A stretch of DNA of 64,000 bases from assembly GCA_903911145.1 (NCBI GenBank), contig CAIWCD010000007.1, positions 62,001-126,000 on the forward strand, in the 5' to 3' direction. Position 1 is the stretch's first letter; every line of letters begins with the position of its first letter. This DNA comes from an uncultured delta proteobacterium (lineage in GTDB: Bacteria; Myxococcota; Myxococcia; Myxococcales; 40CM-4-68-19). The position numbers were made by a program, and so were the translations under genes. The notes under the pieces are model-generated. The model was not told the DNA's origin. It did no database searches and saw nothing but the letters and a program-made list of their open reading frames with translations. Positions 1-8,690 of this stretch are shown piece by piece.

Positions 1-929
1 CGAGAGGTCTTGCCGCCGCCGAGGATCTCGCTGAGCACATCGCCCGCGGCCTCATCGTCGGAGAACTGCTTCACGCCGTTCCACACGAGGGAGAAACGCG
101 GCACTTCGGCCACCTTGTCCTCGACGTTCTCGACGACAACCTTGTCGAGCTTCGGCTGCGCCACGTCGGGACGCGCCGGCATCTTGTCGTTGACGATCGG
201 CCCGAAGTACTTCTCGATCAGCGCCTTCGCGGCCGCCGGATCGAAGTCGCCGACGATCGCGAGCGACGCGTTCTGCGGCCCGTACCAGGAGCGGAAGAAG
301 CCCTTGAGGTCGTCGATGCTCGCCGCCTGGATCTCGGGGATGCTGCCGATCACGCACTCGTAATACGGGTGCGGCGACGGGTAGAGCACGTCGCAGAGCT
401 TGAGTTGGCCGACGCCGTACGGCCGGTTCTCGTAGCTCTGGCGCCGCTCATTCGAAACGACATCGCGCTGCACCGACAGCTTCTTCGCGTCGAGGGTGTC
501 GAGGAGGAACGCCATCCGATCGCTCTCGATCCAGAGAGCAGTGCCCAACTCGGGCGCGGAGACGACCTCGAAATAGTTGGTGCGATCGAAGCTCGTCGTC
601 CCGTTTGCCATCGCGCCCGGGATGGTGCCGATCGACTGCAGAACGTTGAACGGCGCAGGCTGCACGTGCTTGCTGCCCGAGAACATCATGTGCTCGAACA
701 GGTGCGCAAAGCCGCTCTTGCCGGGCGTCTGGTTGGCCGCGCCGACGTGGTACCAGATGTTGACCGCGACCTGCGGGAGCCGGTGGTCCTCGCTGAGAAT
801 GACGGTGAGGCCATTCTGGAGTTTGTACTTCTCGAACTTGATCTCGGGGTCCGACGCACGCGCAGGAAGCGCGAGCGAAAGTGCGGCAACGGCCGCAAGG
901 GAAACGAGGCGATTCAAAGGGGCCTCCAT
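1..929 (-). CDS. M16 (pitrilysin/insulinase) family zinc peptidase, runs off the window edge
   Basis: Translated by hand from ATG 929 (alternative TTG 917): signal-like N-terminus, then KYKLQNGLTVILSEDH...WYHVG...GFAHLFEHMMF with the inverted zincin HxxEH motif; no stop before position 1, so it is absent from the ORF track. Confidence 0.9.
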   Translation of the reverse strand, partial: MEAPLNRLVSLAAVAALSLALPARASDPEIKFEKYKLQNGLTVILSEDHRLPQVAVNIWYHVGAANQTPGKSGFAHLFEHMMFSGSKHVQPAPFNVLQSIGTIPGAMANGTTSFDRTNYFEVVSAPELGTALWIESDRMAFLLDTLDAKKLSVQRDVVSNERRQSYENRPYGVGQLKLCDVLYPSPHPYYECVIGSIPEIQAASIDDLKGFFRSWYGPQNASLAIVGDFDPAAAKALIEKYFGPIVNDKMPARPDVAQPKLDKVVVENVEDKVAEVPRFSLVWNGVKQFSDDEAAGDVLSEILGGGKTS

Positions 930-967
930 CGATGCTGTGCGGGTGGATAGGACGAGGCGGCGCGCTA

Positions 968-1417
968 TCACGGGGAAAGCGGTGCGGCAAGCCGGCTATT
1001 GCTGTAGGCGGGGTCGGTCGTGACCTCCTGCCCAAGCCAGTCGGGCCTATCGAACGGTTCGTCTTCGGAGGCGAGTTCGATCTCCGCCATCCAGAATTCT
1101 CCTCGAGGGAGATCGAGAAATTGATCGAGTTCCCAGCGGCCGATTCGATAACGAAGTTTCGATAACGACGATTTGCAGAGCGCGAAGAGCGTGGGTCCGT
1201 CCTCGAGGGGAATTGGATATTCCAGCTCGGTGCGCGACATCAGGCCCGGCCCTTTGATCGTCAGTCGCAGCGAGCGGACACCGTCGGGATCAGTCGTCTC
1301 GCGCACCCGCACCGACGGCTTCGAGGAGAGATAGCCTTGTCGCAACGCGAACGGCGCGGGCAGCACAGGCAGCCGCTCACGCAGCACGAGAAATTTCCGC
1401 TCGATCTCGATCGCCAT
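968..1417 (-). CDS. CYTH domain protein (triphosphate tunnel metalloenzyme / class IV adenylate cyclase-like)
   Basis: MAIEIERKFLV (ExExK motif), QGYLS, AEIEL, C-terminal EVTTDPAYSN. Confidence 0.85.
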   Translation of the reverse strand: MAIEIERKFLVLRERLPVLPAPFALRQGYLSSKPSVRVRETTDPDGVRSLRLTIKGPGLMSRTELEYPIPLEDGPTLFALCKSSLSKLRYRIGRWELDQFLDLPRGEFWMAEIELASEDEPFDRPDWLGQEVTTDPAYSNSRLAAPLSP

Positions 1418-1427
1418 TGGTTGCTTT

Positions 1428-2060
1428 CTACAACTGATGCTTCGCGACGAACGCTCGCAGATCCTTGAGCTCGTCATCGCAGATCTCGTGGCCCATCGAG
1501 TAGGTGTGCCAGTCGACCGAGCAGCCGCTCTCCTCGAGCGTTGCGCGCGTGGTCTGCCCGTAGACGATGGGGAGGATCTCGTCGCGCGTGCCGTGTGCTG
1601 CGAAGATCGGCAGGCGCGCGAGCGTTTCGCGGGGAGCCCGCTGCGCGAGCGGAATCATCGGCGGGACGGCCGACAGCGAGATCACCGCGCGCGCGAGGTC
1701 GGGTCGCAGCAGCGCAAGCGAGAGCGCCACGCCGCCTCCCTGCGAGAAGCCGAGCAGGATCGGCGCCCGCCCATCCCGCTTCGCAATCGCCGCGACCGCC
1801 TCCGTCGCTGTCGTCACCGCTTCGGCGACGTCATCGGGATTGAAGTCGATGCCCTCTCCGCGCGGCACCAGCGGATACCAGGCATATCCGCCCCACGGCA
1901 GTGGCAGCGGCGCGCGGATCCCGACGCAGGCGAGGCGCGGATCGATCGCCGCACCGAGCGAGATCAGATCGTCTTCACTCGCGCCGTACCCGTGGAGCAT
2001 CACCAGAGTGCCGGTGGCGGGAAGCTGCTGTGCCGCGCGCTCGATTGTGTAGAGGGCCAT
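1428..2060 (-). CDS. Phospholipase/carboxylesterase (alpha/beta hydrolase)
   Basis: LHGYG, GFSQGG nucleophile elbow, HGTRD and MGHEI catalytic motifs. Confidence 0.88.
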   Translation of the reverse strand: MALYTIERAAQQLPATGTLVMLHGYGASEDDLISLGAAIDPRLACVGIRAPLPLPWGGYAWYPLVPRGEGIDFNPDDVAEAVTTATEAVAAIAKRDGRAPILLGFSQGGGVALSLALLRPDLARAVISLSAVPPMIPLAQRAPRETLARLPIFAAHGTRDEILPIVYGQTTRATLEESGCSVDWHTYSMGHEICDDELKDLRAFVAKHQL

Positions 2061-2161
2061 GGCGCGTCTTCTACTCTGCTTCACGTCGCCGCTGCTTGCC
2101 GCAACTGCTGGCGCGAGCGCACTTGCGGGTGTTACACCGACGCTCTCTGACCGAGGGAAAC

Positions 2162-2479
2162 ATGCACAAGCCCGGAAGCGAAGAAGAAGAGTATTTCGCC
2201 CGCGAGAACGCGGAGAAGATGCGCAAGCTGGCCGCGGAGCAGCGCGCGCACCTCGCGGAGAGCGAGAAGGCGAAGCTGCGCCAACTGCACCACAAGCGCT
2301 GCCCGAGCTGCGGGATGGAGCTGCACGACGTCACGTATCGCAACGTGAAGATCGAGCGCTGCTTCGCCTGCAACGGCACGTTCCTCTCGTCAGGCGAGTT
2401 CGAGAAGCTTGCGAAGGCGGAGCCCAAGGGCGTGATGAGCGATGTGCTGCGGCTGTTTGAGCATAAGCACACTCCGTAG
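2162..2479 (+). CDS. Small Zn-ribbon (zf-TFIIB-like) protein
   Basis: ATG 2162 after GAGGG; EEEYF N-terminal motif, CPSC...CFAC zinc ribbon. Confidence 0.75.
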   Translation: MHKPGSEEEEYFARENAEKMRKLAAEQRAHLAESEKAKLRQLHHKRCPSCGMELHDVTYRNVKIERCFACNGTFLSSGEFEKLAKAEPKGVMSDVLRLFEHKHTP

Positions 2480-2484
2480 GGAGC

Positions 2485-2617
2485 GCTGCGGAGCATCGCT
2501 GGTCGCGGCCGTGCTCAAACATGCATGCGCGGCCGACGTTAAGAGCGCGCTCCGATCGAAGTTGGGAGGGGCCGCTCCTGAACTGCGCGCGGCCGCGACC
2601 AGCGGCTGCTCCACAGC
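2485..2617 (-). repeat. Structured intergenic element, family 2, copy 1 (putative ncRNA or non-autonomous element)
   Basis: ~27-bp closing inverted repeat; core GGCCGCGCGCAGTTCAGG.GCGGCC...ACGTC.GCCGCG.ATGCATGTTTGAGCACGGCC shared with 55727-55853. Confidence 0.75.
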
Positions 2618-2651
2618 TTAGACAAGTCGGAAAGAGGAGCTTCGAGATCGG

Positions 2652-3770
2652 CTAGCCGTTCCTCTTCGCGAAGTCGTGCATGAAGGTTGCGAGAGACTCG
2701 GCCCACTCGAGGAGGACGGCGTTGTAGAGCGAGACGCGGATGCCGCCGAGGGCGCGGTGGCCCTTGAGGCCGACCATCCCGGCCTTCTTCGCTTCGGAGA
2801 CGAATTTCTCTTCGAGCGCTTCGCTGCCGAGACGGAAGACGATGTTCATCATCGAGCGCGACGACTGTTCCACGGGGCAGCTATAGAAGCCGCCGGACGC
2901 AGAGATCGCGCTGTAGATGGCGCCGGCCTTGGCGCGATTGACCTTCTCGATCGCGGTGAGTCCGCCCTGCTCTTTCAGCCACGAGAGCACGTTGCGCATC
3001 AGGTAGATGCCGAACGTGGGCGGCGTGTTGTAGAGCGAGTTCGCCTCGGCGTGCGTGCGGTACTGGAAGATCTTCGGGATGTCGCGCCGGCCGCTCTCGA
3101 CGAGATCCTTCTTGATCACCACCACGGTCACGCCGCTCGGCCCGATGTTCTTCTGCGCGCCCGCGTAGATGAGTCCGAATTGGCTGACGTTGATCGGCCG
3201 CCAGAGAAAGTCGCTCGACATGTCGGCGACGAGCGGCGCGTGCGCGGTCGGGAAAGCCGCGCCAGGAGAGGACGCGAACTGCACGCCGTGGATTGTCTCG
3301 TTGGTCGTGAGGTGCACGTAGCTCGCGCCGACGTCGTTGAGTTCGGTCGGCGTGCGCGTGTAGCTCTTCTCCTTGCCATCGCCGGTGCCGGTCGTCGCCG
3401 AGACGTACGCTTCGCCGCCGAGCATCGCCGCGACGCTCTTCGCTTCGGCCACGGCCTTCTCGCCCCAGGCGCCGCTGAGCGCATACGCAGCCTTGCCTGT
3501 GCGCGGGAGCAGATTCATCGGAACAACCGCGAACTGCTGCGAGGCCCCGCCGGTCTGGAACAATATGTTGTACTCAACAGGTATATTCAAAAGCTCTCGC
3601 AGGAGCGCGAGCGCCTCCTCGTGAACCGCGTCGTACTCGCGACCGCGGTGGCTGTGCTCCATCACCGACATGCCCGAGCCCTGGAAATCGAGCAGCTCGG
3701 CCTGCGCGCGCTCGAGTGCGGTGAGAGGAAGAGCGGCGGGTCCGGCATTGAAGTTCATCACGCGAGCCAT
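2652..3770 (-). CDS. serC: Phosphoserine aminotransferase
   Basis: [33 protein letters not shown] (PLP Lys), [19 protein letters not shown]. Confidence 0.97.
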   Translation of the reverse strand: MARVMNFNAGPAALPLTALERAQAELLDFQGSGMSVMEHSHRGREYDAVHEEALALLRELLNIPVEYNILFQTGGASQQFAVVPMNLLPRTGKAAYALSGAWGEKAVAEAKSVAAMLGGEAYVSATTGTGDGKEKSYTRTPTELNDVGASYVHLTTNETIHGVQFASSPGAAFPTAHAPLVADMSSDFLWRPINVSQFGLIYAGAQKNIGPSGVTVVVIKKDLVESGRRDIPKIFQYRTHAEANSLYNTPPTFGIYLMRNVLSWLKEQGGLTAIEKVNRAKAGAIYSAISASGGFYSCPVEQSSRSMMNIVFRLGSEALEEKFVSEAKKAGMVGLKGHRALGGIRVSLYNAVLLEWAESLATFMHDFAKRNG

Positions 3771-3842
3771 CGGGTGCCTCCGTTGAAGCGTGCTCGCTTA
3801 TCATGCGCGCCCATTTCAACCGTAGTGCGGCGGAGACAAGCG

Positions 3843-4307
3843 ATGGCCAAAATCGATCTCGCGGCAGTCCCTGAGCAGCGCGGCGCGCGATATCCCGCGC
3901 CTTACGATGCGCCCTGCAAAGAGCGGCGCGTGCGGCGACTCGGCGATGCGGCGGGTCTGACGCGGCTCGGAGCGAGTCACATTCGTCTGCCGCCCGGAGC
4001 CTGGTCGAGCCAGCGCCATTGGCACTCGCACGAAGATGAATTCATCGTCGTGCTCGAGGGAGAAGTCGTGCTGGTGACAGACGCGGGAGAGGAGATCCTG
4101 CGCGCGGGCGATTGCGCAGCATTCAAAGCGGGCGTGCGCGATGGACACTGCGCGCAGAACCGAAGCGCTCGAGACGCGGTGCTGCTCGCCTTGAGCAACC
4201 ACAGCGACGAGGACTTCGGTGAGTACTCAGACATCGACCTGAAGTTCACCCCGCAGCCGCACGGCGCTCCCGGCGAGTTTCTGCGCAAGGATGGATCGCG
4301 CGCCTAG
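3843..4307 (+). CDS. Cupin domain protein
   Basis: From ATG 3843: SSQRHWHSHEDEF...LEGE...GDCAAFKAG..GH cupin motifs. Confidence 0.85.
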   Translation: MAKIDLAAVPEQRGARYPAPYDAPCKERRVRRLGDAAGLTRLGASHIRLPPGAWSSQRHWHSHEDEFIVVLEGEVVLVTDAGEEILRAGDCAAFKAGVRDGHCAQNRSARDAVLLALSNHSDEDFGEYSDIDLKFTPQPHGAPGEFLRKDGSRA

Positions 4308-4311
4308 CGCG

Positions 4312-5556
4312 TCACCGGCCTGCGGCCTGCTCCTGCGCGCGCTTGCCGAGCAGCCGCACGTAGTCGGCGAGCGGCTGGTAATCGCTCTCGGCGATCACGC
4401 CGTTCCAACGCGGCATCGGCGTCCCGGGCTTCTGTTTGGGCGCATCGCGAATCCAGGCGATCAGCTCCTCGTCGTGCGCGTATTTCGCGCCCGCGCCGCG
4501 CAGGTCGTAGGTCCCGAGCCCGGAGTCGCCGTGGCAGCTCCCGCAGGCGTAGGTTCTGTACGCACGCTCACCCGCGCTGGCATTGGTCGCGAGCTGCGGC
4601 GCGTCTTCGCGCACGACGCGATTCGAGATTGCCGGCACGGAGCGAAGGTAGGCGAAGAGTGCGTCGGACCAGTCGTCGCTCAGGTTCGGATAGCGAGGCA
4701 TCGGCGCTCGCACCGGCCGGTGATCGGGACGAAAGCCATCCTGCAGCGCGCGCCGGAAGTCGCTCTCGCTCCAGCGTCCGAGCCCCGTCTCGGCATCGGG
4801 CGTGAGATTGGCCGTCGAGATGATGCGCTGGTTGATGTCCGGCATCGCGTTGCCACCGCCGAAGAAGCCCGCGCTCAACTCCGGCTTGAGCTCGTTGTTC
4901 GACGAGAAGTCCTTCGAGTGGCAGGCGAAGCAGCCGAGCACGCCGGTCGCGAGGTAGTGACCAAAAGCGACCTTGTCGTCCGCGAGTTTCGGCGTGGCGA
5001 TCGGCCCCGTCGGCAAAGGCAGCGGCTTCATCACCAGGCGAAAGAGCAGCTTCGCCAGAAGCGTCGGCTGGCCTGCGGGCTGGCGCCCCTTGCGCGCAGC
5101 AAGTTCGGGCGCGTCCGAACGCAGATAGGCAATGATCGACGCGAGATCCTCGTCCGAGATGTTCGGCAACTTCACCATCCAGGGCGGCGAGTAGTGACTG
5201 TCGCGATGAATGCCGGTGCGGATGATCACCGCGAGCTCGCCGTCGCTCCACGAGCCGATCCCGTCCACCGGATCGCGCGTGATGTTCTGCGACCAGGCGC
5301 GCCCGAACTGCCGCGGCAGGTCGGTGATCTCGCGCCCGCTGAACACCTGCGTCGCGGGATCGCGATGGCACTCCGCGCAGAGCATCCCCGAGAGCAGGCG
5401 GCCGTGCTCAACGCGCGATGGAGTCACCTCGACGTGGAGCTCGAGTTTCGGCACCGCGTAGTGGGGAACGCCGCTCGCGCCAACGAGGGCAAGACTTACG
5501 CCGACCGCCACCAGCGCGGCCGCGACGACTCCGCCGATCAGTTTCAATGCACGCAT
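4312..5556 (-). CDS. Membrane-anchored c-type cytochrome, three heme-binding motifs
   Basis: N-terminal hydrophobic anchor; CAECH, CFACH, CGSCH; NITRDPVDGIG and NLTPDAETGLG repeats typical of diheme c modules. Confidence 0.85.
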   Translation of the reverse strand: MRALKLIGGVVAAALVAVGVSLALVGASGVPHYAVPKLELHVEVTPSRVEHGRLLSGMLCAECHRDPATQVFSGREITDLPRQFGRAWSQNITRDPVDGIGSWSDGELAVIIRTGIHRDSHYSPPWMVKLPNISDEDLASIIAYLRSDAPELAARKGRQPAGQPTLLAKLLFRLVMKPLPLPTGPIATPKLADDKVAFGHYLATGVLGCFACHSKDFSSNNELKPELSAGFFGGGNAMPDINQRIISTANLTPDAETGLGRWSESDFRRALQDGFRPDHRPVRAPMPRYPNLSDDWSDALFAYLRSVPAISNRVVREDAPQLATNASAGERAYRTYACGSCHGDSGLGTYDLRGAGAKYAHDEELIAWIRDAPKQKPGTPMPRWNGVIAESDYQPLADYVRLLGKRAQEQAAGR

Positions 5557-5619
5557 TTCCCCTCCGGAGAAATGGTTTGTACACCAACGATCTACGGGCC
5601 GGAGCGAAGAACTGCGGGA

Positions 5620-7836
5620 CTATCTTCGCTTCTCAAACAGCTTCGCGAGCGGCTTCGGACACCACCAGTTCCATCGGCCCATCAGGTCCATCGCAGCCGG
5701 CACGATGAGCAGGCGCACCAGCGTCGCATCGAGTGCAACTGCGAGCGCCATTCCGAAACCCATCGCCTTCATCAGCACGACCTGGGCGGTCGAGAAGGCG
5801 AGGAAGACGACGACCATGATCATCGCGGCACTGCTGATGAGACGACCGCTGCGCGCCATTCCTGCTGCGACCGCCTGCGCGTTGTCGCCGGTTGCTTGCC
5901 ACTCCTCCTGCATGCGCGAGAGCAGAAGCACCTCGTAGTCCATCGAGAGGCCGAAGACGGCGCAGAAGAGCAGCACGGGCAGAGTCGGTTCGGTGAGCGC
6001 AGGAACAAAGCGCAGGAGCGAGTGACCGTGGCCCTCCTGAAAGACGAAGACGAGCGCACCGAATGACGCGGCGATCGAGAGCAGATTCATCAGCACTGCC
6101 TTGATCGGCAGCAGCACCGAACCGAGCGCGAAGAAGAGAATCAAGAGCGTTGCGCTGATGACGAGCGCGAGGGCCTGCAGCGCGTGCTGCTCGATGAACG
6201 CGAGCACATCGACATCGAGCGCGGTCTGTCCGCCGAGCACGAGTTCGCCATCGGCGGGCGCGGGCAATCGCTGGATCGCGCGCACGAGAGCGCGAGCAGC
6301 ATTGCTCTGCGGCGCCTCATTCGTCACCACGTTGAGGAGCACCGCACGCTTTCCCACGCTCGACTTCCACGCAAAGAGCAGCGACGGCGCGAGATCCTTC
6401 TCGGGCGTCTGCGCCATCGCGATCACGTCATCGCGATCGAGCGTCGCATCGACATCGACGATGCTCTCCACGCGCACGACGCCAGGCAGTTTCTGGATCG
6501 CCTGCGAGAGATCAAAGAGAGGCCCGGCACGCGCCGGCGTGAAGCCTGGCGCGGTCGGGAAGAGCGCGACGACCTGGATGCGCGTCGCCGCCTGCAGCGG
6601 GAAATAGGTGTGCAACTCCTCGTAGCCGCGGCGCGCTTCGGTGCCCGCGGGCAGCACGGTCACATCGGCGGTGGCGAGATCGATGCGGAAGAACGGCGTG
6701 CCGAGCGCGACCAGCGAGAGCACAGCGGGCACGAGCACAACGAGCGGCCGACGCATCACCTTCGCCGCCACGCCGCGCCAGAACGCCTCGTCGCCGCCCG
6801 GCTTCCAGTGCAGCCACGAGAGATTTCCCGCATCGATGCGATCGCCGAGAACCGCCAGCAGCGCGGGCAGCAGCGTCAGCGACGCGAGCACCGCGAGGAA
6901 GACGACGAACGCGCCGCCGATGCCCATCGCCGAGAGATAGCTGTGCGGGAAGCAGAGGAGACCCGAGAGCCCGACGAAGACGGCGAGCCCGGAGAAGAGC
7001 ACCGCGCGGCCTGCGGTGGCGATGCCGCGCGCGATCGCGTCCTCGTTGGAAAGCCCTGCGGCCCGCTCGTCGCGCACGCGGCTGACGATGAAGAGCGAGT
7101 AGTCGATCGCGACGCCGAGGCCGATGAGCGAGACGACATTGATCGTGTACTGGGCCATGTCGGTGAAGTGGCTCAAGGCCGTGACCATGGCGACGCCGCC
7201 GACCACCGCGACTCCGCCGACGAGCACCGGCAAGGTCGCCGCGACGATCGAGCCGAAGACCGCGATGAGCACGAGCAGCGCGAGAGGAAGAGAGAAGATC
7301 TCGGCGCGGATCAGATCGTGCTCGAGCAGCCGATCGAGGTCCCGCTTGAAGGCGAGATAGCCCGTGAAGGTCGGCTTGAGCAGGCCTGGCTTGAACTCGC
7401 CGCGAATCTCCTCGGAGATGAGGCCAACCTCGCGCAGCGTGCCCTTCACGGCGATGAGCGCGAGCGCGTGCGTCTGATCGGCGGAGATGAACGCGTCGCT
7501 GTAAGGATGCGGCAGATCGACGGGCGAGATGACTTGCTGCACGCGCGGGTCGGCGCGGAACCCGTCGAGCTGTTCATGCAGCGCGCGATCAAAGCGAGGA
7601 TCGCTCGCGAGCACGCCGTCCGCGTGAAGAACCAGCGTGAACGAGGCCTGGCCTGGCTGTCCGAGATCGTGCTCGATCAACTCCTGCGCGCGCGTCCAGC
7701 CGATCCCATCGATCGTCGGCGTCGTGAGCGGGCCTCCGCGCACGAGCATCGCAAGGCTCACGACGAGCATCGCGCCGCTCGCGATCAGCACGGGCTTCGG
7801 TCTGCGCGCAATCGCGCGTCCCCAGTTGCTCAACAT
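5620..7836 (-). CDS. MMPL (RND superfamily) transporter
   Basis: Two hydrophobic halves with GLGVAIDYSLF and GLSMDYEVLLLSR, ending GRWNWW.P; start inferred at MLSNWG. Confidence 0.9.
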   Translation of the reverse strand: MLSNWGRAIARRPKPVLIASGAMLVVSLAMLVRGGPLTTPTIDGIGWTRAQELIEHDLGQPGQASFTLVLHADGVLASDPRFDRALHEQLDGFRADPRVQQVISPVDLPHPYSDAFISADQTHALALIAVKGTLREVGLISEEIRGEFKPGLLKPTFTGYLAFKRDLDRLLEHDLIRAEIFSLPLALLVLIAVFGSIVAATLPVLVGGVAVVGGVAMVTALSHFTDMAQYTINVVSLIGLGVAIDYSLFIVSRVRDERAAGLSNEDAIARGIATAGRAVLFSGLAVFVGLSGLLCFPHSYLSAMGIGGAFVVFLAVLASLTLLPALLAVLGDRIDAGNLSWLHWKPGGDEAFWRGVAAKVMRRPLVVLVPAVLSLVALGTPFFRIDLATADVTVLPAGTEARRGYEELHTYFPLQAATRIQVVALFPTAPGFTPARAGPLFDLSQAIQKLPGVVRVESIVDVDATLDRDDVIAMAQTPEKDLAPSLLFAWKSSVGKRAVLLNVVTNEAPQSNAARALVRAIQRLPAPADGELVLGGQTALDVDVLAFIEQHALQALALVISATLLILFFALGSVLLPIKAVLMNLLSIAASFGALVFVFQEGHGHSLLRFVPALTEPTLPVLLFCAVFGLSMDYEVLLLSRMQEEWQATGDNAQAVAAGMARSGRLISSAAMIMVVVFLAFSTAQVVLMKAMGFGMALAVALDATLVRLLIVPAAMDLMGRWNWWCPKPLAKLFEKRR

Positions 7837-7985
7837 CGTGTTGCTCCTCACGGACCCACTGCGCTGGCTGGTGAACTTGAATCGCGCACCCTCGCGCACT
7901 TTCGCTCGAGCGGCCCCGGCTCACTTGTGCCACGTTCGCGCATCGCCCGTGCCCAAACTCTGCAGAGAGAGAGAGAAGAGTCACC

Positions 7986-8639
7986 ATGATGAAGCCGCGC
8001 CGCGCTGCCGTCCTCGCACTCGTGCTGATCTCGCTGCAGTTCACGACCACTGGCTGCATCGGGCGCTTCGCGCTCACCCGCAATCTCTACAAAGCCAACC
8101 TCTCGATCAACGAGAAGTGGCTGCGCGCGATCGCCACGTTCGCGATGATCGTCGTGCCCGTCTACGGCGTCACGCTGCTCATTGATGGAGGCGTGCTCAA
8201 CACGATCGAATTCTGGGGCGGGAAGAATCCTGTCGATGGCGAATCGATCGATCGGCAGACCCCGACGACACCAACCGCGACCGCGCCCAGTGCGGCCCGG
8301 AGAGATTCGAGTGCAGGGCATCCGACGGAGTTCGCGCTCACCGACGAGGGAAGTACGTTGCGCGTAACGCTCTCGGCTCAGGGAGACCCAGCGCGCAGGA
8401 TGATGCTCACGATGCGCGGAGAGAATGCCGAACTGCGCAGTGACGATGGCGCGCTGATCGCATCACTGGGTGTGAACGATGACGGCAGCGCGCAGGTGCG
8501 AGATGCAACGGGAGCGGTGCTCGACGAGAAGAGTGCGGCGCAGAGAGGATCGCTTGTGGCCGCGCTGAGAGCGGGCGGGAGCCCGTTTGCGCAGACGATC
8601 GAGCTGCAGCGCGGGCCGATGCTCGCGCGAGCGCGATAA
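7986..8639 (+). CDS. DUF3332-like lipoprotein
   Basis: Lipobox TTGC, then IGRFALT...NTIEFWGGKNP as in DUF3332 proteins. Confidence 0.7.
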   Translation: MMKPRRAAVLALVLISLQFTTTGCIGRFALTRNLYKANLSINEKWLRAIATFAMIVVPVYGVTLLIDGGVLNTIEFWGGKNPVDGESIDRQTPTTPTATAPSAARRDSSAGHPTEFALTDEGSTLRVTLSAQGDPARRMMLTMRGENAELRSDDGALIASLGVNDDGSAQVRDATGAVLDEKSAAQRGSLVAALRAGGSPFAQTIELQRGPMLARAR

Positions 8640-8690
8640 ATTGAAGCGGTAGCGCAGAACTGTGCGGCGAGCGGCGAAGGAGAGCACGCG

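Noticed and set aside
5603..5612. Isolated CCGGAGCGAA resembling the family-1 3' motif
   Set aside because: No closing inverted repeat or other family motifs nearby.
7939..7954. Sigma54-like GGGCAC-N5-ATGC on the minus strand upstream of the MMPL gene
   Set aside because: Two mismatches to consensus; expected by chance in GC-rich DNA.
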